This document shows positions 52,040 through 60,584 of a stretch of 64,000 nt of DNA, in pieces (positions within the stretch are counted from its first letter, which is position 1; each line of letters opens with the position of its first letter). The translations under genes and the position numbers were made by a program. Below the pieces are notes generated by a model, which worked only from the letters and a program-made list of their open reading frames with translations, had not been told where the DNA came from and searched no databases. The stretch is taken from positions 1 through 64,000 of the forward strand of contig LT649244.1 of NCBI GenBank assembly GCA_900128395.1. The letters are read 5' to 3'. The DNA comes from Stramenopiles sp. TOSAG23-2. Taxonomy: Eukaryota.

Positions 52040-52656
52040 AATTGATATCTTTTTTGTTTTAAATATTATTTCCTTTCGTATTGATTTAATGATATATCAC
52101 GTATATATATATAATTATATATATGTATATATGTGTAAATATATATGTTTGTATATGTCTATATCTTTATATATATATGTATATTTGGATATTTTCATTC
52201 ATTCTGTGTCTGACGATTCATGTGCAAATAATCGAATTTTATCATATAATGATATTTGCATGTTAATTTGCATGTTAATTGGCACACGATTAAGGCACGT
52301 GCTATTTCGATCCTCCAGGAAAAAGTGATGGAGTAAAATACGAAAAAAGATAAAATATCGGATTTTGCACCACCAGGACCACCTTAATTTAATATAACTT
52401 GTGTCACCAATCACCAATCTAAATCAATCACCAAAAAAAAAATGCATTAATCATCACCAAAAAGAGAATCACCACCACCAATACCACACATAAATAATAT
52501 CTTAATCTTTATTAAAATGTATTCACACATTATCAATGTACATACACCACACTACATATACATCAGTATATATACTATACAAACATACATACAAAAATAT
52601 AATAATTATATCATTATTATTAACTCGATTGTTTTAATACCACAAATAGCATTTGC

Positions 52657-53649
52657 ATGATCAACATAACAAAACGATTATTTAGTTCGATAAAAGTAAT
52701 ACAACAAATTGAAACAAAAGTTTATATTATGTCAAAAACAATTAAATTAAATAATAATTTAGCAATACCACAACTTGGATATGGAACATATATGCGGAAA
52801 GATACGTATGAGGATGTTGGTGGTGTGAAGCAAGCTGTATTGAAAGCGTTGGAGATCGGATATCGACATATAGATTGTGCATCGTTTTACAAAAATGAAA
52901 AGGAGGTTGGCCAAGCTATCAAAGAAAGTGGTATTCCAAGAAATGAATTATTTATTACTGGTAAAGTCTGGAATGATTTTCAAGGTCTTGAACGTGCAAA
53001 AGTTAGTTTCTTAAAATCAATGGAAGATTTAGATATTGACTATTTTGATTTATTTTTAGTTCATTGGCCTTTACCAGGGTACCATTGCGAGACATACAAA
53101 TGTTTAGAGCAATTGCAAAAAGATGGAAAAGTGAAAAGTATCGGCTTAAGTAATTATACAATTGATGATTATGAAGAGTTGGAAAAAAGTGGAATATCTG
53201 TGAAACCTGTATGTAATCAAGTTGAAGTGAATCCTGGTTTATATAGGAAGAAAACAATTGATTATTTCATGGAGAAAGATATTATTATTGCTGCTTACAA
53301 GCCTTTACGTGCTGGTAAAATATTAAAAAATCAAACTGTAATTGATATGGCAAGTAAATATAACATATCACCTGCTAGATTATCGATATTATGGGGGTTA
53401 CAACATGATATGATTGTTATACCGAAATCATCGAATCCAAAAAATATGCTAGATAATTTTGTATCAAGTAGTAGTAGTAACGATGATGATAATAACAGTG
53501 GTGATGTGACAATATCAAAAGAAGATATGGCAACATTAGATGCTTTGACGACGGACGACGACAAAAAAGCTTGGTATGAACATTATCTTAGTCGTCGTGG
53601 GCAAGATCCACCACCAAAAGGTGAAAAACGGAAATCGATGGAGGAATGA
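52657..53649 (+). CDS. Aldo-keto reductase (alternative ATG at 52729)
   Basis: LGYGTY, GYRHIDCASFYKNE, FITGKVW, LVHWP, SIGLSNY, NQVE, VIPKSSN. Confidence 0.92.
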   Translation: MINITKRLFSSIKVIQQIETKVYIMSKTIKLNNNLAIPQLGYGTYMRKDTYEDVGGVKQAVLKALEIGYRHIDCASFYKNEKEVGQAIKESGIPRNELFITGKVWNDFQGLERAKVSFLKSMEDLDIDYFDLFLVHWPLPGYHCETYKCLEQLQKDGKVKSIGLSNYTIDDYEELEKSGISVKPVCNQVEVNPGLYRKKTIDYFMEKDIIIAAYKPLRAGKILKNQTVIDMASKYNISPARLSILWGLQHDMIVIPKSSNPKNMLDNFVSSSSSNDDDNNSGDVTISKEDMATLDALTTDDDKKAWYEHYLSRRGQDPPPKGEKRKSMEE

Positions 53650-53655
53650 CTCTCC

Positions 53656-54360
53656 ATGCAAGATAAAATGAAGTTATTAGATTCCATAAATCGTTTGAAA
53701 TTGTTTCCAAAAATTTATATTAATAAAAAAATAAATAAATACAGTTTAACAAATGATTGGGATGGAATTGGCAATAACAACGTTGTGGAGGATGATAATA
53801 ATAATAACTGTATGAAAACAAATGCATCTGATAATGATATTAAATGTATTCCACCACCAATTTTACCAAGCCAACCAATGTCCATTTGTATTCGAATGGG
53901 TATAGGAAGTTTTAGTAGTTATACACGTCAATCAATTTTACATTGTGGTATAAGTGATTCCAATGGAAAAGTATATCATTTTGATGAAAATGGATATAAT
54001 AATGAATCTAATTGGTATGAGAGTTTATCCATGCAATTAATAGCAATGTCACCGATTAATAATAATAATAATAATAGCAAAGGTAAGAACTATAACGACA
54101 TAGATGAACAAATCATCAACAAAGAACAATGGGATGAAAATTTGAAACGATATCATATATATCATCAAAATAATTTACAAAAATGCATTTATCATGCAAA
54201 GGAGAATAATTGTTATGATTATGTAACTGATTTTTTAAATATGGTACAATGGAATAATTTCACAAACCATACCAAAAATGTCATCGTGAAAACATATTTA
54301 GAACCACTGGTTTTAAATATGGAAAATTATTTGTATATGTGGAAGGAGTTAGTTAATTAA
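53656..54360 (+). CDS. MKRN2OS/DUF4796-like protein (permuted papain-like His..NC arrangement)
   Basis: ILHCGISDSNGKVYHFDENG, WYESLS, NNCYDYVTDFLN. Confidence 0.65.
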   Translation: MQDKMKLLDSINRLKLFPKIYINKKINKYSLTNDWDGIGNNNVVEDDNNNNCMKTNASDNDIKCIPPPILPSQPMSICIRMGIGSFSSYTRQSILHCGISDSNGKVYHFDENGYNNESNWYESLSMQLIAMSPINNNNNNSKGKNYNDIDEQIINKEQWDENLKRYHIYHQNNLQKCIYHAKENNCYDYVTDFLNMVQWNNFTNHTKNVIVKTYLEPLVLNMENYLYMWKELVN

Positions 54361-54734
54361 CGACAAAATCAAGAGTGCATTTAGATATCATTTTAAAAGA
54401 TAAATATGTGTGTGGGTATTAAATTATTATTTAAATGATATCATATTCGTATATACGAGTAATATAATCAATATATGATATCTAATATAATAATTTGAAA
54501 TAATTTACAAAAATGTACGCGTAATTTTATATGATGCCATACTATTTTTCAAAAAACATTTTTTATTTTTATATACGAGGAGAGTGTATTCATATATATA
54601 TTATATTTTATAAAAAATAAAATATTTTTTTAAAAAATATACTCGTATTTTTCTCATATCATATTACTTTTATTTTCATTAAAATGTGTGTTCATCATCA
54701 TGTCATGCTCTCTCTCTCTCTCTCTCTCTCTCCC

Positions 54735-56207
54735 TTATGTCATCTCTACAAATGATGGCGATCTACTACCAACTAATCTTGCCATATTTAAATCATCATC
54801 ATCGTCTTCATCAATTTCCATATCATTTTCATCGTTCAATTGTGTATAATACCCTGCCTCATTTTGTTTATGAGATAGTGTTGTATTATTTATATCAACA
54901 GAATTAATGAAATTTGCTACATAAATAGCACCAATGAAACCAAATATAGAAAATACTAGAAATGGAAAACCTTGAAAGTAAACATCGTTTACATCTTCTT
55001 TTTCCCTATATACCTTGCTAAGTTTATCGGAATATGAAAATAGTAATCCACATGGTATAGTCAATACAAATGATGCAATTGCACGACATTGACTCATAGC
55101 ACCCATTATAGCTCCTTGTTCCTCGGAAGATACAAAACTACTTGTAACACTATCCAGCATAGTATTTGCAGTAAAACATAGAAATGCAAAACTTGCAGGT
55201 ACAAAAAATGCAATGTAAAAAGATTCTTGTATAATCCCATAACCAATATCTTTAAAAGCATAAAATAAAAATCCAATTACAATGACTTGTTTCCGGCCAA
55301 ATTGTTTTGCAATAAACTTAATATTTAAATTTGCAATGATACCCATAATGCCAGATACCATTACAAAACTTATATAATTTGGACTTTTATCCTTAAAGCG
55401 TAATTGCATGTATGGTCCGAAGCCTGTTGTAACTGGCTGAAATGCAGCAACTCTTAAAATATTCAACATTGCCATATGTTTTATATTCGGTTTAGCATTC
55501 ATAATGTATGTTATGCTATCAAATAAATTGATACTTCGATCATTTTCATCTTTCATCTTTTCAATTTCAGTTCTATTAACTGTACCTTTTGGCAAAAAAA
55601 CGGATACTAAAACACCAAATCCTATTAAGAATATACCAACATATCTCAAAAGCAATGTATGAGCATCTAATACTGGTTGAAAATCAGCTACTTCTTCTTC
55701 AATAGCCCATTTCTCAAATGTCATACCACGGAGTGGGTATTTACCTTCAATCACCGCGCCCAAACCACCACCTAGCAAGAATCCGAATGCTATTGTTGCG
55801 TACATGATCCCTAAATTTTTCATTTTTTCATCTGGAAGTGAATTGTCGATAATGTATGATTGTAAAATGCAAACAACAGCTTGGCCTATGCCGCTACAAA
55901 TTACCATGGCAATTAAAACTGACATAATTGATAGCTCGTTATGAAATGATAGACTTATCAAAGGAGCTGGCATCATCGCTGTTGTAATGGCAAGTGGAAT
56001 ATTTCTTCCAATTTTATCTGATAATTTCCCACCTAATGGAGAAACAAAGAACGTTATGAAATTGATGCATGTAGCAACAATTGCAGTTACGGTTTGTGTG
56101 TCTGTTCCATAATTTTTATTCAATATGGAAATCCATGCAAAGATAGGCAATAATGTAGATAGACCTATTAGCAATGGCAGGGTGTAAACTAATTGCCATG
56201 CAACCAT
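54735..56207 (-). CDS. Major facilitator superfamily transporter (TetA/DHA1-like); first ATG at 56207
   Basis: Motif A GKLSDKIGR, GFLLGGGLG, EQGAIMG; about 12 hydrophobic helices. Confidence 0.85.
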   Translation of the reverse strand: MVAWQLVYTLPLLIGLSTLLPIFAWISILNKNYGTDTQTVTAIVATCINFITFFVSPLGGKLSDKIGRNIPLAITTAMMPAPLISLSFHNELSIMSVLIAMVICSGIGQAVVCILQSYIIDNSLPDEKMKNLGIMYATIAFGFLLGGGLGAVIEGKYPLRGMTFEKWAIEEEVADFQPVLDAHTLLLRYVGIFLIGFGVLVSVFLPKGTVNRTEIEKMKDENDRSINLFDSITYIMNAKPNIKHMAMLNILRVAAFQPVTTGFGPYMQLRFKDKSPNYISFVMVSGIMGIIANLNIKFIAKQFGRKQVIVIGFLFYAFKDIGYGIIQESFYIAFFVPASFAFLCFTANTMLDSVTSSFVSSEEQGAIMGAMSQCRAIASFVLTIPCGLLFSYSDKLSKVYREKEDVNDVYFQGFPFLVFSIFGFIGAIYVANFINSVDINNTTLSHKQNEAGYYTQLNDENDMEIDEDDDDDLNMARLVGSRSPSFVEMT

Positions 56208-56805
56208 GATAATCAATCTATATTGTTACGTATGTGTGAGTACTCTATATATATTGTTTGAATGTTTGGATATCTATATATTATAGACATTTTCCCACGA
56301 GAGGATAGTTCAATGTATCTATATATATATCTTTTTGATTATTATTCGATCTGGCTAATTTTGTGCCATGTGTGACGTGTGGTACCATCATTCACGCGCT
56401 GAATGTGCTGCGTAGATCTATACCATGTATACCTCCTGTGCTGAACTTTACTACACCCCAAAAACCTTTGTGTGAATTTAATGAATTTAAGGGAATTAGC
56501 ATGTTGAAATAGATTTGAAATACTGAACAAGCTCTAACACATGTTTACGACAGTACTAGTACTGTAGCATTAGCATCATTTTGATATTGATGTGTGGCCA
56601 TACTGTATGTGGTGAGAAGATGCTGCAGTTGTTAATAATAATAATGTTATTATTTTTTTTTTGTTGTAAATTAATTTCTATAATTTTGAATTTAAACATA
56701 GATTTGGAAATAGAGTCCTCTACAACGCCAGCACGTCAATAATAGTAAGTTAATAATAATAATAGTTATTATTATTGCTGTTACTTATTTTAAAACAAAA
56801 ATAAA

Positions 56806-59800
56806 ATGAATAAATTATGGATACCATATCATACATCCATGAAACAAATGTTGAGACGAAGACGATATGGAAATACATTAAATTATTATAATAATCATAA
56901 TATTAGACTATTACAAAAATATTCATCTACTTTAGAAAAAGAAGAATATACTAGGGTAGATCCAGTGGAACACGTTTTATTACGTCCTGGGATGTATGTC
57001 GGCGCAACACAACGATCTAGTAGAGTAATGTGGCTTGTGAATCAAAATAATAGTGAAATGGAAAATGTAAATAAAGACGATGAAATTATAGATGCCACTT
57101 CTGCAATAAGTATTGGACAAGAAAAAATATCATTTACACCTGCATTATATAAAATTTTTGATGAAATACTTGCGAATGCAGCAGATAATGTTCAGCGAGA
57201 TAGTAAAATGACAAAGATCCACGTTGACATAGATGAAAATACTGGCGAAATATCCATATTTAACGATGGGGCTAGCATCCCAGTACGTATGCATGAAAAA
57301 GAAAAAATGTACATACCAGAACTTGTTTTAGGTAATTTAATGACAGGGTCCAATTTTGATGATAATGTAGGTCGGTTAACAGGTGGCAGGCATGGGTTTG
57401 GTGCAAAATTAACAAATATATTTTCCAAACGTTTTGAAATTGAATGTGCCGATCCAAAAGAAGGTTTGCTATATAATCAAGTATGGGAAAATAATATGCA
57501 ACAAAAATCCGTTCCACATATTGAGCCGTATAATAGCAAAAATGGTTATGTGCGAATAACATTTCAACCAGATTTTCATCGATTTAATATGGATACATTA
57601 TCCGATGATGATACATCTCGTGTTATGGAAAGAAGAGTCATCGATGTTGCTGGCGTGAACCCCCAGTTAGACGTGCAATTGAATGGAAAGAAAGTGCCGA
57701 TATCCGATACATTTGGCTCGTATGCATCGTTGTATCAATCAAAAATAAATAAAGAACCAATAATATGTAAACCAAATAATCGTTGGGAGGTATGTGTTAT
57801 GCCTTCACCTGATGGTATTTTTGAACAATTTAGTTTTGTTAATAGTTTAACTACTTTCCGTGGAGGTACACATGTTAATGTCATTGCAGATCAAATTGCA
57901 CGTAATTTAGCACAACAAATCAATTCTAAACATGGTAAAATATTAGATCATCCCGTAACACCAATGCAAGTGAAATCACACATGTGGTTATTTGTAAAAT
58001 GTTTAATTGAAAATCCATCTTTTGATTCGCAAACTAAAGAGTTTTTAGAAACGCCACCAAATGCATTTGGTAGCGTATGCTCTTTAAGTCCATCGTTCTT
58101 AAAAGATGTTTATCAAAACAGCGGCATTGTTGAGCGCGTAGTGGATTGGGCAAGGGCTAAGCAACAAGTTGAATTTATATCAAAAATGAAATCTCAGCCT
58201 AAATCGAAATTGTTAAATATACCGAAATTAGAAGATGCGAATGATGCTGGTTCTGCAAAATCATTGGAGTGCTCGTTGATATTGACTGAAGGTGATTCAG
58301 CAAAGGCATTAGCAGTTGCTGGACTTTCAGTTGTCGGGCGTGATAAATACGGTGTATTTCCATTAAAAGGTAAAATGTTAAATGTGCGTGATGCACCTGC
58401 TAAACAAATTGTAAACAATGAAGAAATAAAAAATATTATATCGATATTGAATTTAGATATGAGAAAGAAATACAAAGGTGATGATTTAGCTGGTCAAGGT
58501 TTGCGTTATGGGCGTATTATTATCATGGCTGATCAGGATCATGATGGGTCGCATATCAAAGGTTTATTGTTGAATATGATAGCCTGTTTTTGGCCGGAAT
58601 TGATTAAGAAAAAAGATTTTCTGTGTACTTTCAATACACCCATTGTGAAAGCATTTAAAAAAGGTCGTACAAAAAATAAAAAAGGGACCAAAACATTTTT
58701 CACATTGGCAAATTATAATAAATGGAAAACTTCCTTAACAGATGAGGAATTGAGAACATTTAATGTAAAATATTATAAAGGTCTGGGAACGAGCACAGCT
58801 GATGAAGCTCGATCATATTTTAGTCATTTAGATAAACATTTAGTTCCATTTTCACACGTAGGAGATGGTGATCGTGATTTTGAACGGTTGGATATGGCAT
58901 TTCGCGGACATCGCGCAGCAGATCGTCGGGAATGGCTATTGGGGCATTTGGAAAACGAAAAAACAAAGGAAGATGGAGATGGCCGGTTGCGTTTACAATC
59001 AAAAGTACCAATATCAAAGTTTGTTGACGATGAATTGGTTTTATTTTCGTGTGCGGATAATATACGCAGCATTGGCAATGCTATTGATGGGTTAAAACCA
59101 TCACAGCGTAAAGTCTTATATGCATGTTTCAAACGTAAATTAAAATCAGAAATTAAAGTTGCACAGCTGGCAGGTTATGTTAGCGAACATTCTGCGTACC
59201 ACCATGGTGAAATGTCATTGCAAAGTACGATTATGGGTATGGCACAAGATTATGTTGGCTCCAATAACATTCCATTGCTATTTCCATCTGGACAATTTGG
59301 AACTCGTTTGCAAGGTGGAAAAGATAGTGCTAGTGCACGTTATATATTTACTAGGCTGCAAGCTGTTACACGTATGATATATCCAGTGGCTGATGATCCA
59401 TTATTGACATACAATGATGATGATGGGTATTTAGTTGAACCAGAAATGTACGTGCCGATTATACCAATGGCTCTTGTTAATGGTATTGAAGGGATTGGCA
59501 CAGGTTGGTCAACATCTGTTCCAATGTACAATCCATTGCATTTGATTCAATGGCTAATTGCGGATATGGAAGGTAAAAGTAAAAATAAGTTAATTCCATG
59601 GGTCCGTGGATTTACTGGGGATATACGGCCAAAACGTGCCGTCAAAGGCTCTACCTCTGTTGCCACCTTTGAAAGCGCTGGTAAAGTCCACGTGAAAAAC
59701 ACTACTACTGTTGAAATAACTGAATTGCCAGTAAATCGATGGACGGAGGATCAAAAGCTTTTATTGACAAAATTATTAGCAAGTAAAACGATTACAAATT

Positions 59801-60471
59801 TTCGTGAACATCATACAGAGGAGAAAGTTTCGTTTCGAATTACTTTGAAACGTAACCAATTGAAGGTACTAAATGATGAAGAAAAGTTGCTCCGATTGTT
59901 TAAATTAATATCACCAATACATACATCAAATATGCATTTATTTGATGCTACTGGTACTATTAAGAAATTTCATACGCCGGAAGATGTAATTGAGGAATAT
60001 TATCCAGTACGATTGAATTTGTATGAAGATAGGAAAAACTATGAATTATCAAAATTGAGTGTGAAGAAAAAAATGCTTGATAATCGTTCTAGATTTATCG
60101 AAATGGTTAGTGATGGTAACATTGAAATTCAAAATCGTAACCGTGATGAAATTGCTGCATCATTATCAAGCAATGGATTCTTAACTAAATCTGCCATAAA
60201 TGATTCAAATATGGAAATGGAAATGATTGATGGTGAAAACATTGAAGAAAATTCACATCTTGATTCAGCCGAATGGAAAGAGTATGATTATTTACTAAAT
60301 ATACCATTGTGGCAACTCAGTGCTGAAAGTGTTGAAACACTTCGAAAAGAAAATATAGAAATTAATGAGAAAGTTCATTTAGTGGAAAATACTTCAGCAG
60401 AAGCTATGTGGAAAAATGAATTGGGTACCTTGTCGAATTATTTGAGTACTAAAAATAAAGGTTATCAATAA
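56806..60471 (+). CDS. TOP2: Eukaryotic-type DNA topoisomerase II, probably organellar (no C-terminal domain)
   Basis: EHVLLRPGMYVG, DEILANAAD, GGRHGFGAKL, TEGDSA, PLKGK, DQDHDGSH, YYKGLGT, YHHGE, ASARYI (catalytic Tyr). Confidence 0.95.
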   Translation: MNKLWIPYHTSMKQMLRRRRYGNTLNYYNNHNIRLLQKYSSTLEKEEYTRVDPVEHVLLRPGMYVGATQRSSRVMWLVNQNNSEMENVNKDDEIIDATSAISIGQEKISFTPALYKIFDEILANAADNVQRDSKMTKIHVDIDENTGEISIFNDGASIPVRMHEKEKMYIPELVLGNLMTGSNFDDNVGRLTGGRHGFGAKLTNIFSKRFEIECADPKEGLLYNQVWENNMQQKSVPHIEPYNSKNGYVRITFQPDFHRFNMDTLSDDDTSRVMERRVIDVAGVNPQLDVQLNGKKVPISDTFGSYASLYQSKINKEPIICKPNNRWEVCVMPSPDGIFEQFSFVNSLTTFRGGTHVNVIADQIARNLAQQINSKHGKILDHPVTPMQVKSHMWLFVKCLIENPSFDSQTKEFLETPPNAFGSVCSLSPSFLKDVYQNSGIVERVVDWARAKQQVEFISKMKSQPKSKLLNIPKLEDANDAGSAKSLECSLILTEGDSAKALAVAGLSVVGRDKYGVFPLKGKMLNVRDAPAKQIVNNEEIKNIISILNLDMRKKYKGDDLAGQGLRYGRIIIMADQDHDGSHIKGLLLNMIACFWPELIKKKDFLCTFNTPIVKAFKKGRTKNKKGTKTFFTLANYNKWKTSLTDEELRTFNVKYYKGLGTSTADEARSYFSHLDKHLVPFSHVGDGDRDFERLDMAFRGHRAADRREWLLGHLENEKTKEDGDGRLRLQSKVPISKFVDDELVLFSCADNIRSIGNAIDGLKPSQRKVLYACFKRKLKSEIKVAQLAGYVSEHSAYHHGEMSLQSTIMGMAQDYVGSNNIPLLFPSGQFGTRLQGGKDSASARYIFTRLQAVTRMIYPVADDPLLTYNDDDGYLVEPEMYVPIIPMALVNGIEGIGTGWSTSVPMYNPLHLIQWLIADMEGKSKNKLIPWVRGFTGDIRPKRAVKGSTSVATFESAGKVHVKNTTTVEITELPVNRWTEDQKLLLTKLLASKTITNFREHHTEEKVSFRITLKRNQLKVLNDEEKLLRLFKLISPIHTSNMHLFDATGTIKKFHTPEDVIEEYYPVRLNLYEDRKNYELSKLSVKKKMLDNRSRFIEMVSDGNIEIQNRNRDEIAASLSSNGFLTKSAINDSNMEMEMIDGENIEENSHLDSAEWKEYDYLLNIPLWQLSAESVETLRKENIEINEKVHLVENTSAEAMWKNELGTLSNYLSTKNKGYQ

Positions 60472-60584
60472 AAATTATATGCATCATATATATATATATT
60501 TTTATTTTACACACGCATAATTTATTTTTAATTTTTACTCATTATACGAAGTCGTATATTATATACATATCGTAACACATGTTT

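Noticed and set aside
54708-54732. (CT)n and other (CA)n/(TA)n microsatellites
   Set aside because: Ordinary simple repeats in UTR/intergenic DNA
40893-60471. Bacterial or viral insertion suggested by intronless kbl, AKR, MFS and Top2
   Set aside because: Presequence-like N-termini, poly-Asn inserts, host-like composition and spacer motifs, no operon or viral hallmark genes
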